Translations under genes and position numbers: made by a program
Source of the DNA: Octopus sinensis
Lineage: Eukaryota
Length of the DNA stretch: 64,000 bases
Assembly (NCBI RefSeq): GCF_006345805.1
Contig: NC_043004.1
Location: 83,204,001-83,268,000 of the forward strand
Reading direction: 5' to 3'
Part shown: in pieces, positions 1 to 12,574 of the stretch
How the letters are laid out: each line of letters starts with the position of its first letter
Position numbering within the stretch: the stretch's first letter is position 1
The notes under the pieces: model-generated
Seen by the model: the letters and a program-made list of their open reading frames with translations, nothing else
The model's database searches: none
Told to the model about the DNA's origin: nothing

Positions 1-746
<746 letters not shown>

Positions 747-3132
747 GTCACCCAGGCACTGCAAATACTAAGCAACTGGAAGGCACCTGGGCATGACAAG
801 ATCCCCAACTTCTGGTTGAAATATCTAACAGGAATGCACAAAAAGCTGGCTGAAAACTTTCACAACGTACTAGCAGAGCCAGAGACAATGCCTGAATGGC
901 TCACGAAGGGGAAAACCATCTTAATTCCCAAATCAAGTGAGACAGAAAAACCAGAAAACTACAGACCAATAACCTGCCTCCCTACTATGTTCAAGGCATT
1001 TACTGCAGTGATATCACAAAGGCTGAACAAGCACCTGGACAAAAACAAACTGTTCCCAGAAGAGCAGAAAGGATGCCGCAAAGGCTCATATGGCTGTAAA
1101 GATCAACTAATGATTAATAAAGCCATAACTGAAGACAGCCACAGAAAGAAGAAAGGCCTCAGTATGGCCTGGATTGACTACAAAAAGGCGTTTGATAGCA
1201 TCCCCCACACATGGATCCTCGAAACACTAGCCATTAACAAAGTAGCACCAACAATCATAAAATTCATAGAGCACTCTATGAATAAATGGCAAACAGTCCT
1301 ACACCTCCAAACAAAAGAGGGACTCATGAAAACCAAAGACATCCCCATTAGAAGAGAAATATTCCAGGGAGACACGCTCTCTCCACTCCTTTCCTGCTTG
1401 GCACTGTCACCTCTATCTGATATGCTAAATAGAACTGGATGCGGATATAAATGTTACGGCAAAACGATCAGCCACCTTTTATATACGGATGACCTAAAAC
1501 TATACGCTGCAAATGACAAAAAGCTGGAAACACTATTAAAGACAGTTCATGGATTTACCAAAGAAATAGATATGAAATTTGGATTAGAAAAATGCGCCAA
1601 AGTAACCCTGAAAAGAGGAAAACTAGTTAAGAGTAACAACATCACACTAGATAAAACCAATGAAATAAAAGAATTAGACCAAAGCCAAACTTACAAATAC
1701 TTAGGAATCCATGAACTAGATAAGACACAACACACACAAATGAAAGAGAAAATAAAAAAAAAATATTATAGACGAGTTAGATCAATACTAAACACAGAGC
1801 TCAATGCTAAAAACAAGATAATAGGTATCAACACTTTAGCTGTCCCAGTTATAAGTTACAGCTACAATATCCTTAACTGGACACGAAATGAACTGACCAA
1901 AATAGATAGGAAAACAAGAAAAATACTGACAGGATCTAGGATGCATCACCCAAAATATGACATAGAAAGACTATATATACAACGTATAGAAGGTGGTAGA
2001 GGCCTTATACAGCTGGAAAACTACTATAAAATAACCACCATAGGACTGCAAAAATATCTACTTCAGAAGGAAGGAAAACTGGTCCAGATATCGGCAAAAC
2101 ACGAGCAAAACAAAAGACTGTTCTCAGTATTTAAGGAAGCTGACAAATACAAACAAGAAATGATGCCACCTAATAAACATGAAGAAGAAGAAGATGAAGA
2201 AACAACAAAAGCTATAAAACAAATGAAATCCAAACTAAAAATAGAACAGCAACGAACCATGATAAAACGATGGCAAGAAAAGCCCCTTCATGGTAAATAC
2301 TGGACTAAACTAAACGCAAAAGAAATAGACAAAGAAAAATCCCAGCAATTGTTGAGAAGCTCAGGACTCAAAGCAGAAACAGAGGGATTTTTAATTGCAG
2401 CACAAGACCAAAGCCTCCCCACCAGAAATTACCAAAAACATGTAATGAAAAGAAATATTACAAGTAACTGCAGAATATGTGGAGATGGACAAGAAACAAT
2501 AAATCATATTATCTCTAGCTGCCCAGTCCTGGCTAAGAAGGAATATATTCACAGACATGACAGAGTTGGAACCTACATACATTGGAAGCTATGCCAACAT
2601 TATGGAATAACAACAGAAAAAAGATGGTATAGGCACACACCAGAAAAGGTCACAGGAAACGAGAATGCAACCATACTCTGGGATATGCCGATACACACAG
2701 ATAGAGAAATTAAGGCCAACAGACCAGATATAGTTGTCAGAGATCATGAAGAAAAAAAATGCTTTCTAATTGATGTATCAATACCGGCTGATGACAACGT
2801 GTCTCTAAAAGAAATGGAGAAACTCTCAAAATACAAAGACCTGGAAATAGAGGTAACTAGAATGTGGAATCTGAAAACAGAAACAATTCCTATCATAGTA
2901 GGTGCATTAGGCATGATAAAAAAATATTCAGACAAATACATAACAAAAACACCAGGACTTACAAACACATATAACATACAGAAAATTGCACTACTAGGCA
3001 CCGCACACATCCTACGCAGAACACTTTCCATACAATAACCATCAGAGCATCACAACAAATCACAGCACATACCCAAGGCACACAGAGCTGTGCTCGGTAG
3101 TGAAGTGAAAGCACGCTATAAAAATAAAACTA

Positions 3133-3136
<4 letters not shown>
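747..3136 (+). mobile_element. 5'-truncated RLE-type non-LTR retrotransposon, R4/Dong-like, family A
   Basis: One open frame from the truncation point to 3038 with RT motifs (YRPITCL, EQKGC, AWIDYKKAFDS, IFQGDTLSP, LYTDD), a CCHC finger (CRICGDGQETINHIISSC), an RLE (RPDIVVRD...CFLIDVSIP...K..KY) and the end motif ALLGTAHILRR. A ~100-bp 3'UTR is followed by an (AAT)n tail, and there is (AAT)n on the 5' side too. Confidence 0.93.
816..3038 (+). CDS. RT-zinc finger-restriction-like endonuclease polyprotein (C-terminal ~740 aa, no true start)
   Basis: 740-aa ORF in the track. The TTG start is internal and the frame is open from 747. YTDD replaces the YMDD seen in other family A copies. Confidence 0.88.
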   Translation: MKYLTGMHKKLAENFHNVLAEPETMPEWLTKGKTILIPKSSETEKPENYRPITCLPTMFKAFTAVISQRLNKHLDKNKLFPEEQKGCRKGSYGCKDQLMINKAITEDSHRKKKGLSMAWIDYKKAFDSIPHTWILETLAINKVAPTIIKFIEHSMNKWQTVLHLQTKEGLMKTKDIPIRREIFQGDTLSPLLSCLALSPLSDMLNRTGCGYKCYGKTISHLLYTDDLKLYAANDKKLETLLKTVHGFTKEIDMKFGLEKCAKVTLKRGKLVKSNNITLDKTNEIKELDQSQTYKYLGIHELDKTQHTQMKEKIKKKYYRRVRSILNTELNAKNKIIGINTLAVPVISYSYNILNWTRNELTKIDRKTRKILTGSRMHHPKYDIERLYIQRIEGGRGLIQLENYYKITTIGLQKYLLQKEGKLVQISAKHEQNKRLFSVFKEADKYKQEMMPPNKHEEEEDEETTKAIKQMKSKLKIEQQRTMIKRWQEKPLHGKYWTKLNAKEIDKEKSQQLLRSSGLKAETEGFLIAAQDQSLPTRNYQKHVMKRNITSNCRICGDGQETINHIISSCPVLAKKEYIHRHDRVGTYIHWKLCQHYGITTEKRWYRHTPEKVTGNENATILWDMPIHTDREIKANRPDIVVRDHEEKKCFLIDVSIPADDNVSLKEMEKLSKYKDLEIEVTRMWNLKTETIPIIVGALGMIKKYSDKYITKTPGLTNTYNIQKIALLGTAHILRRTLSIQ

Positions 3137-3167
<31 letters not shown>

Positions 3168-3174
3168 CAACAAC

Positions 3175-4755
3175 AACAAGCAACGGACTAAGCTACTTAA
3201 CAAGATTAATGCAGCACAAACAGCAGAAGAAGTGGAAGAATTTTGGAAAGAAATATGATCGGCGTAGGAACAACCTCAGAAAGGGACTATTAAATCAAAG
3301 GACTTAGCGTCTCAACAACTGTGAACCCCAATAACAACTCAAGAGTTCATCCAGGCACTGCAACGACTAAGCAACTGGAAGGCACCTGGGCACGACAAGA
3401 TCCGGAACTTCTAGTTAAGATATCAGAGAGAAACACACAAGAAGCTGGCTGAAAACTTTAATGACATACTAGCAGAGCCAGAGACAATGTCTGAATGGCT
3501 CACAAACGGGAAACCTATCGTAATTCCCAAATTCACTGAAACGACAAGCCCACAAATCTACAGACCAATAACCTCTCCTTACAATTTACCAAGGCGTTAC
3601 TGCAATAATATCGCAGAAATTGAGCAAGCATAAGGAAGAAACGAACACGTTTTTTTTTCCAAAAGAGCGGAAGGGATGCTGCAAGGGCTCATATGGCTGT
3701 AAATATCAATTAATGATCAATAAAGCCATAACTGAAAACAACCGCAATGAGAAGAAAGGCCTCAGTATGGCCTGGATCGACTACCGAAAGGCTTTTGATA
3801 GAATTTCCCACACGTGTATCCTGGAAACACTAGCCATGAACAATGTAGCACCAATGATTATTTAAAAATACATAAGACACTCTATGAATAAGTGGCAGAC
3901 AGTACTATAGCTCAAAATAAAAAAGAAACTAGAGAAAACAACAGCCAGCCCCATTAGTAGAGGAATATTCCAGAGAGACACGCTCTCTCCACTCCTTTTC
4001 TGCTTGGCACTGTCACCGTTTTGTGACATGCTAAACACAACTGGATGCGGATACAAATGTTACGGCAAAACAATCCGCTACCTCTTATATATGGATGACC
4101 TAAATCTATAAGCTACAAATAATAAACGGGTGGAAACACTACTAAAGTCAGTACATGGATTTACCAAACAAATAGATATGAAATTTGGGTTAGAAACATG
4201 TGCCAAATCAACCTTGAAAAGAGGAAAATTAGTTAAGAGTAGCAACATCACACTAGATAAACCCTTTACTGGCAATTACTGTGCCAAGCAAAACGCAAAA
4301 AAATAGACAGAGATCTAGAAAGTAACCATAATCTGGGTTATACCTATACACACAAATAGAGAAATTAAGGCCAACAGACCAGATATAGTTGTCAGAGATC
4401 ATGAAGAAAAAAATGCTTTCTAATTGATGTATCCATACCAGCAGATGACGACGTTACTCTAAAACAAATTGGAGAAACTTTCAAAATGCGAAGACCTGGA
4501 AATACAGGCAACTCGAATGTTGAGTCTAAAAACAGAAACACTTCCTATCATAGTATGCGCATCTGGTATGATAAAAAATATTCAGCCAATAACATAACAA
4601 AACCACCAGGACTTACAACTATATAAAACATAAAGAAAATTGCACTTCTGCGCACTGCACACACCCGATGCTAAACACTTTCAATACAGTAACCATAAGA
4701 GAATCTTAGCAGACCACAGCACATACCCAAGGCACACAGAGCTGCGCTCTGTAGT
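3175..4755 (+). mobile_element. Old, internally deleted R4/Dong-like LINE (family A-related)
   Basis: Degenerate RT (ORF 3620-3865, AWIDYRKAFD) jumps near 4260-4340 to the RLE region, followed by a diverged family-A-like 3'UTR (acatacccaaggcacacagagctgcgctc). Many stops. Confidence 0.85.
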
Positions 4756-4769
4756 TGTTAAGTAAAATT

Positions 4770-7230
4770 AGGAGACTTTTAACGTAGGAGATATAAGATC
4801 TGCTCTCAGGGGGTCAAGCAAATGGAAGTCTCCAGGAAAGGATAAAATTCCTAACTTCTGGTTAAATGACTTCCCAGAGAGACATGAACTGCTAACAGAA
4901 CTTTACTAAGATGTTTTGCAACACCCTAGTATGGAACCCTCTTGGCTAGTTAATGGTTTAATACACCTACTTCTAAATAAAGAAGTAACAAATGGACCAA
5001 AATATTATAGACCCATAATATGCTTAACAACAATGTATAAAACGTTAACATCTGTTCTGAATGAATATACCTATAGTTTTTAATAGAAAGTAGCACATTC
5101 CCTAATGAGCAAAAATGATGTAAACGAGGATCCTATGGTTGTAAAGATCAGTTACTCCTAAATAAGATAATCTTAGAAGATTGTCACAAACGACACAGAC
5201 TTGTCAATAGCCTGGATAGAGTATATAAAACCTTTTGATAACTTGCCACATACCTGGATTAAGAAATGTCTGGAAATGTATAAAATAGCGCATACTCTGC
5301 AAAACATTTTGTCTGTAAGTATGAGATCATGGACAACCACACTAACTTTGAACAGTGCCAATGAATCTCTAAATGGTGGGGATGTAAACATTTCATGTGG
5401 CATTTTCCAGGGTGACTCACTATCACCGCTATTCTTTTGTTAAAGCTTAATACCTCTCTCAAAATTGCTCAATGATACACAGTACGCTTATAAAAATGTT
5501 TGATAAAAATATAAATCATCTCATTTATATGTTTAATTTAAAGCTCTTTGCAAAATATCACCAACAACTCAAAGGCTTACTAGCGATTGTTAAACAGTTA
5601 ATTGATGACATCAGGATACAATTTGGCCTCGATAAATGTGCAAAAGCTACTTTATCAAAGGAGAAAGGACAGAAACATCTAACGTTAACTTTGACCTGCA
5701 GAATGTCATAAAATAGTTGGAACCAGCGGAGAGCTACAAGTACCTAGGGGTACTTGAAGAGGACAAAATCAGGCATTCAGTGATGAGGAAAGGATCAGAA
5801 GAGAGTGTTATCCCAAGGCGAGAGCAATACTTAAGACACAGCTGAAACAGGATCGAAGCGATCAATGATTTAGCCATACCCGTAGTGACTTCCATTTTCA
5901 ATATCATTAACTGATCAATTACTGAAATATTTAATTTTGACAGACGAATATGTAAGCCATTGACAAGGTATAGAAAGAAACACCCTAAGGCAGATATAGA
6001 ACGATTTTTATCTGACCAGAAAAGAGGGAGGCTGTGGACTTTCACAACTGGCATTACCAATGAAGATTTCCACAATTGACCTAGACACCTACCTTAAAAT
6101 CCCTGAAAACTGAATGTTAAACATGAAAACAAGAGAGCATCATACTCAGTAACAAACGGGCAAAGGAATATCTAAGTGAATTTCAAATACAACAAATTCC
6201 GGAATTAGACTTACTCAAAACAAGTGCTGAGAAAGCTAAGCGCATGAAAACCCGTGCTAATATTGCTGCCTTAGATATTCTGACGGATAAATGGCAAGAA
6301 CAGTCTCTCAATGGCAAATACCCAAAGAGAGTGAATAATGCCGATGTTGACAAAATCCTTACCCATCAATGGTTAATGGTTTACGGCTAAAATCTGAAAC
6401 ATAAGGGTTTATCATCGCAGCCAAAGATCAATGCCTACCTACAAGGTACTACCAGGCCATCTGATTACAGAACGGCAGCTTCCCAAAATGTCGTGTATGT
6501 CAACAACAAAATTTAAACGATTGATCATTTTTCTCCATGTGCAGTCTTCTTGCGCCTACAGAGTATCTCAACAGGCATGATAGATCTGCACAATATATTC
6601 ACTGGGTAATTTGCAAAAACCTTGACTTGCCGCATAATAAAAACTGGTGGGGACACAAACCACTTCCAGAGCTTGAAAATAATCACATCTCACTCCTCTG
6701 GAACTTCACCATTCAAACTGAAAGAAAGATAGATGCAAATAGGCCAGACATCATATTGAAAGATTTCAGACAAAAAACATGCCTCCTTGTTGATTGTGCC
6801 AATCAATATAAACGTATCTGTCAAGACACAAAAACTGAGCAAATATAAAGATCTTGAAAAAGAAATTAGCAAAATGTTGAACCTGAAACTAAAACAATAA
6901 CTATTGTCATAGGTGCCCCAAGGAATGAAATCATGAGGAGTTGATTGCTTACCCAGCTCAGATACAAGGAAACCCCAAAATAGGAGAAATTCAAAAGATA
7001 ATTCTCATGGGAACTGCCCATATCGTACGAAAAATACATTCTATGTAATTTCAAATTTTTAAATAAACACTTAACTTTCTTGTGGTTTCTTAAACATTCT
7101 CTAGAACAACACTATGTACAAAACCAAATATATGGCACTTTACGCATAACAACAACATGGACTAGTTGCTTGAGGTCAGTGGGTGAGATTTTGAACCAAC
7201 TTTTACAAATATGAAGCAAATGTCATAAAT
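4770..7230 (+). mobile_element. Degenerate R4/Dong-like LINE, family B (5'-truncated)
   Basis: Fragments 5201-5443 (IFQGDSLSP), 5472-5711 and 6537-6848 (RHD...RPDIILKD) align by eye to the near-complete family B copy at 24.1-28.2 kb. Confidence 0.88.
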
Positions 7231-7320
7231 CAACAACAACAACAGCAACAGCAATAATAATAATAAAATAATAATAATAATAATATTAATTAAACGATAA
7301 TGATAACAATAATAACAATA

Positions 7321-7352
<32 letters not shown>

Positions 7353-7401
7353 GATGATGATAATAATAATAATAATGATAATAATAATAATAATAATAAA
7401 A

Positions 7402-7469
<68 letters not shown>

Positions 7470-7470
7470 T
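7231..7470. repeat. (AAT)n microsatellite
   Basis: Direct reading; homologous arrays are at ~15640-15955 and ~34890-34975, each followed by aattggta(a/g)acg. Confidence 0.95.
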
Positions 7471-8396
7471 AGTAATTGGTAAACGTTTTCTCCAAATTGA
7501 TTATATCCTACTTCTTCACAACCAAATAATACCCATAGTTTTCCCTCTAACCGTAGATTAATATTCACTTGATTAAATTCTACCCACCATTCTTAAAATT
7601 TAGCGGTCAACTATCTTGAAACAGATACACCAATAACTCCACTCTAGTCCAATGTCTCCCTTTTAGCCCTTTTCCGCCACGCAACTAAACACTCTGCTTA
7701 CATAACAAATAACTATCAAATTTCTATTTTCATGTAGGTATGTACATATCCTTCTTTCTATATTATTTACTCATAACTGGTTATATATGTGCGTGTGTGT
7801 GTGTGTGTTTGTGTGTATGTGATTGTGTATGTGTGTATGATTTTGTATCGATATGCCTGTTTGTGTATGCCTAAGTACATCCAAGTTTATATCTGTCTAG
7901 ACGTATAAGTACCCATACGTATGCGAAGTGGTGCAGCAAGATAAACATGCATATTCACTTCTATACACAACACCTTCTAGTTTCTAGCTAGTCACATTGG
8001 AAAACCATCCATTTGTTATCTGAAAAATTCTATACACCGCATTACTTTTGCTATTTACACTAGCTATTTCGATATTTTCATTCACATAAATATTTATATA
8101 TATATATATATATATAATATATATATATATATATTATATGATATTCTTTAATATTGTAAAATGTATATAGCACTCCCATCTATACATATTAGCCAACCTA
8201 ATATACTACATGAACAACACTGGATAAACATTCTTAACCATTTGAAGTTGAATTGAAAGTTTTAAATTTACAAGTAATGGACCTCAACTACAAAGAACCT
8301 TCAAATAAACCTGAGAGACAGTAAGCCTAACTTCACTAGTAACCTATGAATACATATATCAAATCGTGATCCATAAAGATAAATTATAACACTTAC

Positions 8397-9356
8397 TGAT
8401 CGGTTTAAACGAAGTCCACACCAAAACATTCCTATGCAAAAGAGTATGTTAATGATTAACATCAGTAACATATAAAGTTGTACATATGGGGCAGATTTAA
8501 AGTAATTATTTATCATTCCATACGTGGCAATGCAGCCGCTTGTTATATTAGCAAAGACGATAAATCCGGATGTTAACTTCAGTGATTCGTTGACAAATCT
8601 CAGTATTGCGCTTAGAGTATCGTGTCTATTACATATTTCTTCAATCCCTCTATGTGTCTTGAACATAACAGGCTTATCTGATTGTTGTTCTTTTAAGCAC
8701 TTCTGGGCCTCATTCGCCACTTTCTTAAACTCATAAATAAGTGTAAGACTGATTATAAGATCAAAATAGAGATCAAATAACACGGTCACCAAAGAGAAGC
8801 CATTAAAGATGAGTTGTATTGTTAAAACTGGAATGTAATATGTATTATTTGTTGGTACAGGAAATGTTAAAAACATCAGAAAATCGCTACTGCAGAGCGG
8901 CAAGATAAGATCCATACACATATAGAAAATGACAAGCCCGGATATATATACAAATAAAGCTGTATATGAAAATATTAAATTACAGTTATAATATTTTATA
9001 CTTTCCTCTTCAATTTCAAGATCGGCGAATTTTTCAAATAGTTGCTTGTCGTAAGAATCCCCGAAGAGTTTCACCAAACAGAAGAGAGTTAAGAAACTCC
9101 TGTAGAGAATTATGTAACAATACACAAATATTCCACTTGTGTTAGCATTTTGCATTTGTATTAAAGTCACAATATGCCGAATCGGGTTTACAATCAAATA
9201 TATAATGTATAATAGGTAAATTGCAGAGAAACAAATTACACTCAAATCGAGTGTTTTCAAGATGGATTTATTCATAATATGTTTCCGAATATTACTAATT
9301 TTTCGATATAATTCCAACATTTTAAAGAATTGTGTTTGTTTTGCGTCCATACTCAT
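8397..9356 (-). CDS. GRL exon 1: long first coding exon of a gustatory-receptor-like (7TMIC) protein, TM1-TM6, 320 codons (318 from the second Met)
   Basis: Six hydrophobic segments. The long loop between TM4 and TM5 (YEFKKVANEA...EICNRHDTLSAILRFVNESL) matches the GR/GRL H..L...+N pattern. The frame reaches CGLRLNRS then TCA|GTAAGT (8396-8391). The ORF-track tail 8301-8396 is probably intron read-through. Confidence 0.8.
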
Positions 9357-9880
9357 TCTAATTCCGTCTTATAAAGAGAGTTTTGCTTTCAAATAGATAA
9401 ACACGACAGTAGATTCCACACGATATATAAAGCAATTTTTCCGCTCTTTCTTTCTTGTCTAGATTTGACTGTGTTGTAAAATTTAATGTAACGGTAAAAT
9501 TGAAACAATAACCGATGGCAAAATAAAGTTATTATGAAAGGCCTGTAGAAATTCGACAGCATTAGTGTATATGATGTTAGCTTTAAGCAGATGCTAAAGG
9601 TCTGAATGCCTATGAACTAAAAAGTTTGTTGTCATGAAAGTATAAAAGATGTAAGTCCACTTTCTATGAAACATGGTCAATATTCCTTTATGTCTAAACA
9701 AAAAACTAATCCGTATTCTTATTTACAGTCGATATATTATTAAATAGCATGTATATTTATATACATAAATATACATATATATAAATGCACAAACACACAT
9801 ATACACATATGTATCCATATGTGTGTGCATACATGGGTGTGTGTATATATATATCTGCATACATACACACAAACACACAC

Positions 9881-10097
9881 AGAAACGTTAGCGCGCTGGG
9901 CGAAATGCTTAGCAGTATTTCGTCTGCCGCTACGTTCTGAGTTCAAATTCCGCCGAGGTCGACTTTGCCTTTCATCCTTTCGGGGTCGATAAATAAAGTA
10001 CCAGTTACGCACTGGGGCCGATGTAATCGACTTAATCCGTTTGTCTGTCCTTGTTTGTCCCCTCTGTGTTTAGCCCCTTGTGGGCAATAAAGAAATA
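9881..10097 (+). mobile_element. tRNA-derived SINE (5'-truncated), octopus-type
   Basis: B-box-like GAGTTCAAATTCC, a core cgactttgcctttcatcctttcggggtcgataaa and an A-rich end. A related copy lies at 40752-40980. Confidence 0.75.
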
Positions 10098-10157
10098 TAT
10101 ATGTATGTATATGTCTATGTATATATATATAAATATATATATATATACATATGTATG

Positions 10158-10190
<33 letters not shown>

Positions 10191-10214
10191 AAACATATGC
10201 ATATACATACATAT

Positions 10215-10424
10215 ATATAGGTGTGTGTTTGTGTGTATGTATGCAGATATGTATATACACACACCCATGTATGCACACACATATGGATACATATGTGTAT
10301 ATGTGTGTTTGTGTATTTATATATATGGATATTTATGCATATAAATATACATGCTATTTAATAAATTATCGACTGTAAATAAGAATACGGATTTGTTTTT
10401 TGTTTAGACAGAAAGGAATATTAA
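10215..10424 (+). repeat. Short inverted duplicate of GRL1 upstream region (~9680-9880)
   Basis: Reverse complement of atcc/gtattcttatttacagtcgat...acatacacacaaacacacac. Confidence 0.85.
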
Positions 10425-10425
10425 C

Positions 10426-10498
<73 letters not shown>

Positions 10499-10539
10499 TT
10501 ATTTTTATATACATATATATATACACATATACATACATA

Positions 10540-11450
10540 TATAGGTGTGTGTTTGTGTGTATGTATGCAGATATATATATACACACACCCTTGTATGCAC
10601 ATACATATGGATACATATGTGTATATGTGTGTTTGTGTAGTTATATATATGTATATTTATGCATATAAATATACATGCTATTTAATAATATATCGACTGT
10701 AAATAAGAATACGGATTAGTTTTTTGTTTAGACAGAAAGGAATATTGACTATGTTTCATAGAAAGTGGACTTACATCTTTTATACTTTCATGACAACAAA
10801 CTTTTTAGTTCAAAGGCTTTCAGATCTTTAGCAACTGCTTAAAGCTAACATCATATACACTAATGCTGTCGAATTTCTACAGGCCTTTCATAATTACTTT
10901 ATTTTGCCATCGGTTATTGTTTCAAATTTACTGTTACATTAAATTTTACAACACAGTCAAAACCAGACAAGAAAGAAAGCGCGGAATCTTCAAAAATTGC
11001 TTTATATATCGTGTGGACTCTACTGCCGTGTTTATCTATTTGAACGCAAAACTCACTTAATACGACCGAATTAGAATGAGCATGGAAGCAAAACAAACAC
11101 AATTCTTTAAAATGTTAGAATTATATCGAAAAATTTGTAATATTCTGAAATATATTATGAATCCTGAAAACACTCTATTTGACAGTAATTTGTTTCTCTT
11201 CAATTTATTTATTGTACATTATATATTTGATTGTAAACCTGATTCGGCATATTGTGACTTTAATACAAATGCAAAATGCTAACACGAGTGGAATATTTGT
11301 GTAGTGTTACATAATTCTCTACAGGAGTTTCTTAACACTCTTCTGTTTGGTGAAACTCTTCAGGGATTCTAACGACAAGCAACTAATTGAAAAATTCGCC
11401 CATCTTGAAAATGAAGAGGAAAGTATAAAATATCATAAATCTAATTTAAT
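10540..11450 (+). pseudogene. Inverted, truncated GRL copy (upstream region plus first ~125 codons; ATG at 11076, frameshifted)
   Basis: MSMEAKQTQFFKMLELYRKI at 11076, then indels; LVKLFRDSNDKQLIEKFA at 11347. Homology stops at ~11450 in a TA/CA repeat. It is the reverse complement of ~8972-9880. Confidence 0.88.
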
Positions 11451-11499
11451 ATATACACACACACACGCACACACATACAAACACACACACACACACACG

Positions 11500-11835
11500 C
11501 ACACATATATACACATACTTATTATATATTGATTATTACTTTTTTTACGTTTTGTGATCTAGTTATGAATTATGGAAACATATTATATTTGTTATTTATG
11601 TTTTTGTTTAAATCTATAATTGTTTGATTTGCATAACAGTAGTTTTATCTCTTAATTATAATTTATATATTTATATTGCGAACTTTGATTTAATACTAAA
11701 CTGAATTTTTCTCAGTAAGTTTGGAATTATACTCCTAATAATATTATTATATGTACATACACACACACACACACACTCGCACATACACACACACACACAT
11801 ACACACACACTCACATATATATTTATATATGTATA

Positions 11836-11899
<64 letters not shown>

Positions 11900-12500
11900 T
11901 TAAATAATGAGGGAGATAAGTTGAATATTAATTTAATTAATATCAATTTAAAACCGGTATCCTAGCATTGAAAAACCTGAGAAATCAGAGAAAATTCTAA
12001 TACATGTGTATGTCTAAAGGGCTAAAAAAACCACTAGGTGGTCAACCGTATGGTAGGAGTTGGTGATCTACCTCTAGCATACGGCTAACCACCTAGTGGT
12101 ATTTTAGCACTTTAAATATATATATATATATATATATACCCGTACACACATACATTATACACGAACACAATACATGCTGTGTCGAATATAAAGACATTTT
12201 TGCCAGAATGAATAAATTAAAGCAGTTTCAGAGGTGTAGATTAAATAAAATCAAGTGTAAACGTAAATTTAAAACAGCTCAGAAACATTATTTTATATAA
12301 TATAAATTTGGATAAGGGAAATGTAATATAGATTTAATGGAAAAGTCGACAGAAGCGGAATCAAAAATTCCAAACTGAGGTACTGGATGAATAATGCCAA
12401 GCATTTTGTGAAGTCCGCTAAGAATCTGTCAGTATTCCTGCCTTTTTAGCAATAATATTAAGAATGATAATTAAATGCAATTATAGTAGATTAAGCAAGC
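11500..12500. repeat. Copy 2 of upstream conserved block, including a ~100-nt foldback (12015-12114)
   Basis: Homologous to 1-700 and 18620-19608. It contains an extra ~220-bp segment between TA arrays that copy 1 lacks. Confidence 0.8.
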
Positions 12501-12538
<38 letters not shown>

Positions 12539-12574
12539 TAACAACAACAACAACAACAACAACTACAACAACAA

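Noticed and set aside
7290-7568. Repeated ORF MNINLRLEGKLWVLFG...LLLL (also 15767-16048, 34814-35068)
   Set aside because: A duplicated flank running into (TTA)n. Upstream frames contain stops; possibly an old retroelement tip but not supportable.
8301-8396. ORF-track C-terminal tails of the GRL ORFs (also 16822-16917, 35734-35829, 38602-38712, 54137-54163)
   Set aside because: They begin at a conserved GT donor, are unrelated between divergent paralogs and lack TM7 motifs; most likely intron read-through.
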